DNA of 64,000 nucleotides from Candidatus Krumholzibacteriota bacterium. Lineage in GTDB: Bacteria > Krumholzibacteriota > Krumholzibacteriia > JAJRXK01. This document shows, piece by piece, positions 8,791-17,916 of this stretch. The translations under genes and the position numbers were made by a program. How positions within the stretch are numbered: the first letter of the stretch is position 1; each line of letters begins with the position of its first letter. The notes below the pieces were generated by a model that worked only from the letters and a program-made list of their open reading frames with translations, was not told the origin of the DNA and made no database searches. Where the stretch lies: contig CAVXTH010000006.1 in NCBI GenBank assembly GCA_963764625.1, forward strand, positions 138,029 to 202,028, given 5' to 3'.

Positions 8791-10848
8791 TTGGACGCCT
8801 CGCGTCGAAATCATCTTCGGATGAACGCTCTCTCACTCATGGCCGCTCTCCTGCTGTTGAGTGTGGGCCTTCGTGTCGCCCGGGCGGACGACGAGCTCGA
8901 CTATGGGCTCGAACAGAGACTGGTCGCCTCGATCACCATCGACGGCGCGGAGAGTTTCGAGGACAGCCGCATCAAGGACCTCCTGCCCTTCGGCGAACCG
9001 CACTGGTACATGCTCCTGAGCTCTCCTCACTACACCGAGGATCTCCTGCTGCTCGGTGTCGATGCCGTGCGCAGCTTCTATCGCGCGCAGGGGTTTCACT
9101 CCGTCACCGTGGATGGCGAAGCGACGGACCGTGATTCGCGCCACGGTGACAAGATCGCGATTCACATCGTGGAAGGCCCGCGAACGCTCATCTCCAGCAT
9201 TCGATTCACTGGCAATTCGCCACTGGACGAAGACGAGCTGAGCTCGCGCCTGGTGCATCCAGCCGGTAGCCCGGCGCCCTTCGTGAAGTCCGCCTACGGT
9301 CGCGACGTCTACGCGCTGCGCTCGGCGCACTTGGCCCGAGGCTTTCTCGGCACCAAGATCCAGTTCGACATGGACGAAAACGAAGATAAGGTCGCACTCA
9401 CCTTCCACATCGATACCGGGCCCGCCTACCACATCGAGCGAATCGACGTGGAGGGGAACAGAGAGGTGAGGGGAGAGCTGATTCGCCGCGAGTTCCGGTT
9501 TGCGCCGGGCGACATCTTCGATCTGGAGAAGATCGTGCGAACTGAATCGGATTTGCTGGAAACCGGGTGGTTTCGCGACGTCGGGTTCACTCCGGTCGAC
9601 TTGGACACTCTGGCCAGCACCTGTGCCCTGAACCTTCACGTGGTGGAAAGGAACAGCGGCTACTACGAAGTCGGTGTCGGCGCGGGCGACAATTCTCAAC
9701 TCAGGCTCACCGCCGCCTGGGGTGACCGGAATTTCTTCCGCAGCGGCAAGGGGCTCAACGCGAGAGTTCGGCTCCTGTGGGGTCTGGAGGACATACTCGA
9801 CATCGACCGGCGCATCGTATTCGACCACCGGGAAGAGCTCAACTACGTGCACCGAAGGCTCTTCGGAAGCCGCTACACGATGACGCTCAGCGGCTTCTTC
9901 GACCGGCAGAGCAGAGGCTCCTCGGGAGTCGCGGTGGAGAAACTGGGTCTGCTGGGGAGCACGACCCTGTGGCGGTACCGGGCACGCAGTCTCGAGCTGG
10001 AGCTCTCCCACGAACGCGTACGCAAAGTCCTGCTGTCGCAGGTGAAGGATCTGAGCCCCGCGGACGGAGTTCTCCCGCAGGTCCAGACCGGGAATTCCAC
10101 CACGAATTCAGTTCTTCTGCTCTACACCCGGGACACCCGCAACAGTCTGTTCGAGCCCAGCGATGGAAGTCTGCGTCAGATTCTATGGCAGACCGCCGGT
10201 GGCCCCGTCTTCGCCGGCGACAACTCCTTCCACAAAGCGGTCGCCACCTGGGCCGGATTTTTCGGCCATGAAGACGGAAGCGTGCTGGCCCTGCGCATGC
10301 AGGCGGGCTGGGCCACGCCATGGTACAAGAGCGGCGGCAAAGGGGTCCTCGGCGTTCCTTTGGAAAACCGGTTCTTCGCCGGCGGTCAGCGCAGCGTACG
10401 CGGCTATCGGGAAAACAGTCTGGGGCCCAGGCTCACGCAGCAGGACCAAGAACTGGTCCTGGACGATCGCTTTCTTCTGAATCACCCGGCCGCGGGCGGA
10501 GAAGCATTGCTGGTGCTCAACGCGGAGCTGCGATTGCCCTTCCCTCTGCTTTCGCGTTGGGGCTTCGGACTGATCCTCTTTGCCGACGGTGGAAACGTCT
10601 GGGAAGACTGGTCGAAGGTGAAGTGGAAGGATTTTCGTCTCGCCTCCGATCCCGAGGGCAGCAGCCCCACCACGATCTACGACTTTCGCACTGGAGTGGG
10701 ATTCGGTTTCTTGTATCACACACCGGTCGGTCCGCTTCGTCTGGAATACGGCCTTCCGCAAAAGCGGGTCAAACTGGTCGGCGAAGATGGGTCCACCGAG
10801 ATCGACCCGCAGCATATCTGGCACTTCAGTCTAGGATTCGCGTTCTAA
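8791..10848 (+). CDS. tamA: Omp85-family outer-membrane assembly protein, TamA-like (three POTRA-like repeats plus beta-barrel)
   Basis: Signal peptide. POTRA-like repeats (e.g. IERIDVEGNREVRGELIRREFRFAPGDIFDLEKI). C-terminal barrel ending ...HFSLGFAF. Directly followed by a TamB-like gene. Confidence 0.75.
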   Translation: MDASRRNHLRMNALSLMAALLLLSVGLRVARADDELDYGLEQRLVASITIDGAESFEDSRIKDLLPFGEPHWYMLLSSPHYTEDLLLLGVDAVRSFYRAQGFHSVTVDGEATDRDSRHGDKIAIHIVEGPRTLISSIRFTGNSPLDEDELSSRLVHPAGSPAPFVKSAYGRDVYALRSAHLARGFLGTKIQFDMDENEDKVALTFHIDTGPAYHIERIDVEGNREVRGELIRREFRFAPGDIFDLEKIVRTESDLLETGWFRDVGFTPVDLDTLASTCALNLHVVERNSGYYEVGVGAGDNSQLRLTAAWGDRNFFRSGKGLNARVRLLWGLEDILDIDRRIVFDHREELNYVHRRLFGSRYTMTLSGFFDRQSRGSSGVAVEKLGLLGSTTLWRYRARSLELELSHERVRKVLLSQVKDLSPADGVLPQVQTGNSTTNSVLLLYTRDTRNSLFEPSDGSLRQILWQTAGGPVFAGDNSFHKAVATWAGFFGHEDGSVLALRMQAGWATPWYKSGGKGVLGVPLENRFFAGGQRSVRGYRENSLGPRLTQQDQELVLDDRFLLNHPAAGGEALLVLNAELRLPFPLLSRWGFGLILFADGGNVWEDWSKVKWKDFRLASDPEGSSPTTIYDFRTGVGFGFLYHTPVGPLRLEYGLPQKRVKLVGEDGSTEIDPQHIWHFSLGFAF

Positions 10849-10852
10849 GACC

Positions 10853-13800
10853 ATGTGGGTGAAGACGACACGGATCACTCTCCTCGTGGCGCTGTTGATC
10901 GCGGTGACGGTATTGTCATGGCTGGCCGCGCACCCCAGGCTCTACGCTGGCCACGTTTCCCGGGTCATCACCCAGAATCTCCTTGGTCAGACCGGCGCCT
11001 CCTTTCGCTACGAAAGCCTCGAGGGGAACGTCCTGGGGGGGGACCTACGTCTTTTCGGCGTCGACCTGAGCTGGCAGGGGTTGGACGGTAGCTTCGCCTA
11101 CCTGCGGGCGGACACGCTGGAGGTTTCGTACGACCTGACCGATCTGTTCAAGGGCCGCGTGCACTTGTACCGTCTGGCCATGTTGTCGGCTCATGGCATG
11201 ATTCGGCGTCGCGAGTTGAGCGAGCCGATGCAGAAGCACCAGCGTTCCGGTCCCGGTTTCCCCACCCTTGCCATCGAAGAGGGAATTCTGCGTGGACTCG
11301 AACTCCGCATCATCCAAAGCGATGGCACCGAAGACCGACTTGAAAACCTGAGCTGGTGGGGGAGCGTGCGGACACGGGACAAGAAACTCGTAGTGGATAC
11401 CCGTGCGCTCGGCGGGGGCTGGCCCCAGAGGAACCTGTACCTGAAGTCGGTGTGGGGACGCACAGAGGTTTCCTCGACCGGTATCATGGTGGCGAATCTA
11501 CGCGTCGCTTCCGACTCCACCCGAGTTCAACTCAACGGAACCTGGAATAAAGAGGATGGTCTCGATGTGCAAGTCGAGGCGGAGAGCTTGTGTCTGAGTG
11601 AGTTCCTGGAAGCTCTGGGGAAGCCTAGTCCGATCCTGGCGGACTTCGCGGGAACTGCGAGGGTCGAAGGTTTCTCCCCCTTCGAGCTGAGCGGCAAGCT
11701 CTCCGGAGTGATCGACCACTACACCTTTTCCGACACCGATTTCGCCCTTACGGTCGATGGATCGGATCTACAGCTCAGCCGAGCGAGCGGCCTCATCTTC
11801 GGTTCCCCGGCCAAGCTGCATGGCACCGTCGATACCAGTACCGGCGACCTATACCTGAGCGGTGAAGTCGAAAACCTCGACTTGAGCCAACCCTGGACCA
11901 TCGATGACACCCAATGGCCGAGCTCGGACCTGAGCGGGGACATCGATCTGAGCGTCGCGACGAAGGCTCCGGTGCGTGTCGACCTGAAGGCCAGCGGGGT
12001 AAGAGGGCGAATCGAGGAGCTGCCGGTTGACTCCCTGAGCGGCCGGGTCCATTTCCAAGAGGAGCACGGCACGCGGTTCGAGGGAATTCGTGTCCTCACT
12101 CACGGCACCTGGATCGCGGGTTCCGCCACTCTCGACTCGCTCAACGTCCTGGATTTTCCCTTTACCGCCCGTGCTAATGATCTCTCCTCCTGGCGCACCG
12201 CCTACCAGCTCCCCTGGGACCATGCGGGGAGCCTGCAGGCCACAGGTACGTTCTTCGGACCCATCGACGCGCCCACCCTTCAGATCGATGGCGCGCTCGA
12301 CTCCCTCTCTGGCTTTCGTATGCAGGCAAACAAGCTGCATGGGAGCTTCAAGATCAGCCCCTGGAACGATCTCGAGACCGTCGACGGACAGATCGAGGCG
12401 GCTGATTTCTTCATTGGGGGCGTACGTCTGGGAACCCTGAGGAGCCAATTTCAGCGCCGCTTTCCGATCGTCGAGGTGCCGCAGCTCGAAGTGGCCGACG
12501 GAGATTCCATCCTGAGCTTGAAGGGGAAGGTGGAGGAGAAAGGGAACCGCGCGCTTGTTTCGATCGAGTCGGCGAGCTTCGACCTGGGCCCGCGGAAATG
12601 GACCCTGGCCGAGCCGGGTGAACTCGAGCTCGGAAAGGGCTGGGTGCGCAGCCACGGGCTGAGTGTCCGCTCCGCCTCGGGAGGCTGGACGGTTCGTGGG
12701 GGGGTGGACAGCCTGGGAGTCATGGATCTCCGCGTCGATCTGATGGAGGGCGATCTGGAACTCCTTCCCCATCTGGGCCTGGGACCGAGCGATCTGGAGG
12801 GCACACTCAACGGCCGCGTGATCGTGGGAGGAAAGCGCGAGAATCCCGAGCTGCACATCGACCTTCGCGGGAACCAGCTCAGAGGGTTCGGGCGGCGCCT
12901 CGATCGCCTGCGGCTTCTCACTTCCATTTACGGTTCGAAAGTCTCGGTGGATTCGCTTCAGGTGCATTCTCCGCAGGGGAATCTCTCCCTCACCGGTTCG
13001 CTCGATCTGCTACGCGACGACGCGTTGCATTGGCTGGCCAAGCACCCCAAGAGCTGGCGCGAATTCCTGGCCCCGGCACAACCAAATCTGCAGCTTTCGT
13101 GTCAAGATCTGAACAGCCGTTACTGGATGGATCCTCAGGCCAAGGACGAGGATTTCGGCCGTGCCACGGCGGGACTCTCGATTCGAGGAACGCTCCAGAA
13201 GCCGCTAATCCAGGGCGAAACCGAAATCGCCAATCTGGTCACCGGCGGAGGTTCGCTCGTTTTTCCCGCCCTCCGGTCCCGGGTCGAGTCAGATGGGGAG
13301 GATTTGAAGCTCAGCCAGGGAATCATCCTCACCCCGGATCCCTGGCTCCGTTTCAGCGCGAGTCTTCCGCTGAAACTCTCGGCTGTCGAGGCGCCACAGT
13401 GGGGTGGCTCGAAGGGAGCCGAGGTGGAATTGACCTCCGACGGCGAGGTGGAGTTACGGCGCTTGGGGCCCATCCTGCCCATGTTGAGCGAGATTTCCGG
13501 AAAGGCGGAGCTGCTGTATCGCGCACGCGGTTCGATGGATCATCCCAAGATCGAGGGTTACCTGCGGGTGCACGACGGCATCGCGCAGTTGGAAGGCAGC
13601 CTAGAGCGGCTTCGCGATGTCGAGATCGATGCTCCCATTCAAGACGGAGTGATGCAAATCCAGAAATTCACCGCGCGAGAAGGCTTGAAAGGTACGGTGA
13701 ACGCGACGGGAGAGGTCGACTTCGACGGACTTCTTCCCGATGACATTCAGATGGACATCTCCGCCGATCGATTCCTCTTCGCATCCATCCTCCACCTTCG

Positions 13801-14719
13801 CGCCCTGCTGCGCAGCGACGATCTCCACATGAGCCTCAAGAGACCGGCGCCCCATCTCGCTCGCAGGCCTTATTTCAGCGGGACGATCGACGTCATCAGG
13901 GCCCGCTACACCGGAGAATTCGACAACAAGGCCGGGGGAGAGGCGCTCGGCGCAACGACCACCCCTTCGTGGCTCGCCAATCTCCACCTTCGGGCGCCGC
14001 GCACCGCGAGAGTGCAGAATCGCACTGCTGAACTGCTGCTCGACGGTGACGGTGATCTGGTGCGCGATCTCGACGGTCTGCACTTCTACGGGCAAGTCGA
14101 GATCCCCCAAGGGCGCGTACCCATCTTCAACAACGACTTCAACATAGAGCGGGGGACCCTCGACTACAGCCGGGCCCGCGGTCTGGTCCCTTCGGTCGAC
14201 ATCGTGGCCAAGACCCGGGTGCGAGATTTTCGTTACGAGGGGAGTACTAGCGCGGAGTTGGAGGAGATCACCGTATATTTGACCGGGACGTTCACGAACT
14301 TGCACACGCGTTTCGAGAGCGCGAGCGGCTACGATGAGGAGCGCATCATCCGGCTCTTGGCCGGGATCAGCGAACAGCCGGGAGGCAGTGCGTTGGCCGA
14401 TACCGGATTCAAGGCCGGTTTGAACTTCATCGAGAGGTCGATCGCGGCGGAGATCCACGGGATCGACACCCTGGACATCGAGACGGAATCGGCCTCGATC
14501 TCCGAAGCGCAGCGGATGCGGGTGGCGGTGGGGAAATATCTATCCCCCGATCTCTATCTCCGGTACAGCCAGGGTGTTTCCATCACGGAGCGGGCTTTGT
14601 TTCTTGAGTACCAGATGAACCGTCGCTTGCGACTCTCTTCGGAGTTCGGTACCGGTCTGCAGAGCGGGGCTCCGACGACTACCTTCAACGTGGACTTGAA
14701 GTACCGGGTCGAGTACTGA
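10853..14719 (+). CDS. tamB: Translocation and assembly module protein TamB-like (DUF490 C-terminus)
   Basis: 1288 aa with an N-terminal TM anchor and a long beta-rich body. C-terminus ...VGKYLSPDLYLRYSQGVSITERALFLEYQMNRRLRLSSEFG...KYRVEY is typical of TamB/DUF490. 4-nt gap after tamA. Confidence 0.8.
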   Translation: MWVKTTRITLLVALLIAVTVLSWLAAHPRLYAGHVSRVITQNLLGQTGASFRYESLEGNVLGGDLRLFGVDLSWQGLDGSFAYLRADTLEVSYDLTDLFKGRVHLYRLAMLSAHGMIRRRELSEPMQKHQRSGPGFPTLAIEEGILRGLELRIIQSDGTEDRLENLSWWGSVRTRDKKLVVDTRALGGGWPQRNLYLKSVWGRTEVSSTGIMVANLRVASDSTRVQLNGTWNKEDGLDVQVEAESLCLSEFLEALGKPSPILADFAGTARVEGFSPFELSGKLSGVIDHYTFSDTDFALTVDGSDLQLSRASGLIFGSPAKLHGTVDTSTGDLYLSGEVENLDLSQPWTIDDTQWPSSDLSGDIDLSVATKAPVRVDLKASGVRGRIEELPVDSLSGRVHFQEEHGTRFEGIRVLTHGTWIAGSATLDSLNVLDFPFTARANDLSSWRTAYQLPWDHAGSLQATGTFFGPIDAPTLQIDGALDSLSGFRMQANKLHGSFKISPWNDLETVDGQIEAADFFIGGVRLGTLRSQFQRRFPIVEVPQLEVADGDSILSLKGKVEEKGNRALVSIESASFDLGPRKWTLAEPGELELGKGWVRSHGLSVRSASGGWTVRGGVDSLGVMDLRVDLMEGDLELLPHLGLGPSDLEGTLNGRVIVGGKRENPELHIDLRGNQLRGFGRRLDRLRLLTSIYGSKVSVDSLQVHSPQGNLSLTGSLDLLRDDALHWLAKHPKSWREFLAPAQPNLQLSCQDLNSRYWMDPQAKDEDFGRATAGLSIRGTLQKPLIQGETEIANLVTGGGSLVFPALRSRVESDGEDLKLSQGIILTPDPWLRFSASLPLKLSAVEAPQWGGSKGAEVELTSDGEVELRRLGPILPMLSEISGKAELLYRARGSMDHPKIEGYLRVHDGIAQLEGSLERLRDVEIDAPIQDGVMQIQKFTAREGLKGTVNATGEVDFDGLLPDDIQMDISADRFLFASILHLRALLRSDDLHMSLKRPAPHLARRPYFSGTIDVIRARYTGEFDNKAGGEALGATTTPSWLANLHLRAPRTARVQNRTAELLLDGDGDLVRDLDGLHFYGQVEIPQGRVPIFNNDFNIERGTLDYSRARGLVPSVDIVAKTRVRDFRYEGSTSAELEEITVYLTGTFTNLHTRFESASGYDEERIIRLLAGISEQPGGSALADTGFKAGLNFIERSIAAEIHGIDTLDIETESASISEAQRMRVAVGKYLSPDLYLRYSQGVSITERALFLEYQMNRRLRLSSEFGTGLQSGAPTTTFNVDLKYRVEY

Positions 14720-14752
14720 TGAGCAGACACCCCTTCAGGATTCCTCGATAGA

Positions 14753-17700
14753 ATGAGAACGCATATTCGTTCGGCAATTAAGGTCATGCTGGCTTCGGCC
14801 GGACTGCTCGCGCTCCTTTCGGGCGCCGCCCTCGCGCGCAACAAAGTGCAATACGACAACTTCCACTGGCAGGTTCTGAGTACCCCGCACTTCGAGATCT
14901 TCTTCTACAAGGGAGAGGAGACTCTGGCCGCGAGGGCCTCGGTCATCGCCGAAGATGCCTACGTCCGGCTCAGTGGGGTCTTCAAGCACGATTTCCAAAA
15001 GCAAATCCCCTTCATCCTCTATGCATCCCCCAACGACTTTCAACAGACCAACATCAGCGACGAGCTCATCGGCGAATCCACCGGAGGCTTCTCCGAGCCG
15101 CTCCGCAATCGCGTGGTGCTTCCCTATCCCGGCGACAACGAGGCGTTCGTGCACGTGATCAACCACGAGCTGGTTCACGTCTTCATGTTCGATCTGGCCT
15201 ACAAGAGCACCGCCTCGGGTGCCGCGCGCCGTGCCCTCTTTCCGATCGACCTCTGGTTTGCCGAGGGAGCGGCCGAGTATTTCTCTACTGCGGACGGATG
15301 GGACAAGACCACCGACATGTGGATGCGCGATGCGACCATCTACGACTGGATCGCTCCGCTGGACAAGATCTACTCCGGCTATCAGGTCTACCGGGAAGGG
15401 CAGGCGGCGCTGCGCTACTTGGGCTTGACCTACGGCCACGAAAAAGTCGTCGAGTTCTTCAAGGAGGTGGGGAAGGTACGCAACGTGGACCGGGCGCTGG
15501 AGATGAGCATTGGGCTCAACACGAAGGATTTCTCGGCCGAATGGGAGAAGTGGCTCAAGCACAGCTACTGGCCCGTCTATCAGGACAAGAAAGAGGCCTC
15601 GAGAATCGGCCGCCGCATGACCGACCACGCGAAGGATCACTACTATTTCGCGCAACAGCCGGCGATCTCGCCCGACGGAAATGTCATCGCCTTTTTCAGC
15701 GATCGAGAGGGCTTCGTGAAGCTCTTTCTGATGGACGTGGCCGACAAGACCATTCTCTCCACTCTGGCCACCGGGTACCGCAGCGACCGTTTCCTGAGTT
15801 TTCATTCCTACGACAGCGGAATCAGCTTCGATCCCCAAGGTCACCGTCTGGCGGTGGTGGCCAAGAGTGGGGGGCGTGAAACTCTCTACATCCTACGCGT
15901 GCCAGACGGCAAGATCCTCCAGCACATCAAACTTCCAGTGGACATCGCGCGGAGTCCGTCCTGGTCACCCACAGAGAACCAGGTCGTGGTGGTGGGAAGT
16001 AAGGATGGCAACACCGATCTCTTGCTGGTGGACTTGAAGACGGAAGCGGTCACGAAGCTCACACGGGACCTCTCCAGCGAGTTCTCTCCTTCGTGGATGC
16101 CCGACGGCAAGAGCATCGTCTACTCCGCCTCTCCCAATCCGGTGATCGATGTCGGAATTCAAAAGGACACCGATGGAGGGGAGCGCATGACGAGGGTGGA
16201 TTTCTCCAACACCCAAAACGTCGAGCAAATGGAAACCAGCCGTGACCTCTATCTCTTGGACCTCAAGACCGCTAAGAGAAGCAGGCTTCTGTCCACTCCA
16301 GGGGACGACTCGGCGCCGGTCGCGGTGGATGACGAAAGCGTCGTCTTCGTGAGTGATGCGAGCGGAATTTCCAATCTCTATCACTACAATCTGCGGACGA
16401 AGGAGCTGCATCGTTTCACCGACGTGCTGACGGGCATTTTCCAGCCTTCCCTCAGCCGCCAGGCAGGCCGTCTGGCCTTCACCGCATTTTCCAACGGCGG
16501 TTACGACATTTTCGAACTGGAGAATCTCTCGCAGTATGTGAAGGAACACTCCTATCCCGACCCGGTGCCGCCGCCGCCGGTGGACGAAGACCGGCTGAGT
16601 CTTGCTGCGAACACCGAGCCGGATAGTACGGCCACCAACCCTCCTTTGACGGTGAGAGACCTACTCTCTGGCGAATCGGTTCCCGCCGAGGAGCCCGAAG
16701 CGCCGGCGCCACAAGAGCCCGAGGGCACAAAGGAGAACGGAGGCGAGGAAAAGCCGGCGAATCTTGGGGACAAACCGGCGGGGACGATCACCAAGTACAA
16801 GCCGCGTTTCAGCCTCGATCCCCTGGGGAGTGGGAGCATCGGCGGAGTCTACTACTCCTCCGGGCTTGGACTCGGCTTCGCCAACATCATCAGTCTGAGC
16901 GACCTTTTGGGGAACCACCGCATCCAGTTTTTGGTGAACTTCTACGGTTCGCTCAAAGACAGCGACCTGGCCGCGAGCTACTACTATCTGAAACGGCGGG
17001 TGAATCTCGGCTTCGGCGTATTCCACTACAAGAATTTCTTCAACAGCAACTTCACCACTCTCGGGGAAGTCTTCGATCGGAGCCGGCTCTTCAGCGAGCG
17101 AAACTACGGGTTCTTCGGGCTGGCCAGCCGACCGTTCTCCACCTTCAACCGTCTTGATTTCGAGGTGCAGGCCTTCGTGGCGGATCGAACTTTCTACGAA
17201 TTGGATACGTTGAGCGGCTACTATTTCGAGACCTCGCATACCAAGGCGCAACTCATCCAACCCAGCCTCTCCCTCATCCACGATTCGGCGTTCTACGGAC
17301 CCAATGGCCCGCTCACTGGCAGCCGTTGGACTCTCAATTTCTCGCCCGCCTTGCCAATCGGGCGCGATGGCCTCGATCGGGTGACCGGCTTCGGGGACTA
17401 TCGCAAGTACATTCACTTCGGCCGGGGCAACGCCATCGCGACTCGGTTCACCGGGGCCTACAGCAACGGCAGCGATCCCAACGCCTTCGTGCTCGGGGGG
17501 CCCTACACCCTCAGGGGCTGGGATACCTTCGACTTCGAGAAGAGCGTAGAGGGCGATGATCCCCTCTACCAGAATCTCGTGGGTCGCAAGATGCTGCTCA
17601 TGAACCTCGAATATCGTTTCCCCGCGATCGACGCGGTGTTCTTCGGATGGCCGGGACGGTTCGGTATCGGCGGAATTGGAGGGGTGGCCTTCTTCGACTT

Positions 17701-17908
17701 GGGCAGCGCGTTCGGCTCCGCCTTCAAACCCTTCGGGAAGACCGGTAACGGGAATTTCCGCTTCCAGGACTTCAAGGCCGACTATGGGCTTGGAATGCGC
17801 GTGAACTTCCTCGGCCTCCCCTTCAAGTTCGATTGGGCATGGAAGACTGACTTCGCCCGCACCTATGGAAACATGCAGTTCACCTTCTCGATAGGACCGG
17901 AGTTTTAG
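14753..17908 (+). CDS. Outer-membrane fusion protein: signal peptide, gluzincin-like domain (HELVH...EGAAEY), TolB/WD40-like beta-propeller repeats, Pro/Glu-rich linker, Omp85 (bacterial surface antigen) beta-barrel
   Basis: Signal peptide MLASAGLLALLSGAALA. The FVHVINHELVHVFMFD...AEGAAEYF region carries an HExxH+E gluzincin motif (Peptidase_MA-like). Repeated ...SPDGNVIAFFSDREG... and ...SWSPTENQVVVVGSKDGNTDLLLVDL... segments look like TolB-type propeller blades. The C-terminal ~350 aa (...GRKMLLMNLEYRFP...FFDLGSAF...GLGMRVNFLGLPFKFDWAW...FTFSIGPEF) looks like an Omp85 barrel and ends in Phe. Starts 34 nt after tamB. Confidence 0.7.
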   Translation: MRTHIRSAIKVMLASAGLLALLSGAALARNKVQYDNFHWQVLSTPHFEIFFYKGEETLAARASVIAEDAYVRLSGVFKHDFQKQIPFILYASPNDFQQTNISDELIGESTGGFSEPLRNRVVLPYPGDNEAFVHVINHELVHVFMFDLAYKSTASGAARRALFPIDLWFAEGAAEYFSTADGWDKTTDMWMRDATIYDWIAPLDKIYSGYQVYREGQAALRYLGLTYGHEKVVEFFKEVGKVRNVDRALEMSIGLNTKDFSAEWEKWLKHSYWPVYQDKKEASRIGRRMTDHAKDHYYFAQQPAISPDGNVIAFFSDREGFVKLFLMDVADKTILSTLATGYRSDRFLSFHSYDSGISFDPQGHRLAVVAKSGGRETLYILRVPDGKILQHIKLPVDIARSPSWSPTENQVVVVGSKDGNTDLLLVDLKTEAVTKLTRDLSSEFSPSWMPDGKSIVYSASPNPVIDVGIQKDTDGGERMTRVDFSNTQNVEQMETSRDLYLLDLKTAKRSRLLSTPGDDSAPVAVDDESVVFVSDASGISNLYHYNLRTKELHRFTDVLTGIFQPSLSRQAGRLAFTAFSNGGYDIFELENLSQYVKEHSYPDPVPPPPVDEDRLSLAANTEPDSTATNPPLTVRDLLSGESVPAEEPEAPAPQEPEGTKENGGEEKPANLGDKPAGTITKYKPRFSLDPLGSGSIGGVYYSSGLGLGFANIISLSDLLGNHRIQFLVNFYGSLKDSDLAASYYYLKRRVNLGFGVFHYKNFFNSNFTTLGEVFDRSRLFSERNYGFFGLASRPFSTFNRLDFEVQAFVADRTFYELDTLSGYYFETSHTKAQLIQPSLSLIHDSAFYGPNGPLTGSRWTLNFSPALPIGRDGLDRVTGFGDYRKYIHFGRGNAIATRFTGAYSNGSDPNAFVLGGPYTLRGWDTFDFEKSVEGDDPLYQNLVGRKMLLMNLEYRFPAIDAVFFGWPGRFGIGGIGGVAFFDLGSAFGSAFKPFGKTGNGNFRFQDFKADYGLGMRVNFLGLPFKFDWAWKTDFARTYGNMQFTFSIGPEF

Positions 17909-17916
17909 TCCTTCCG

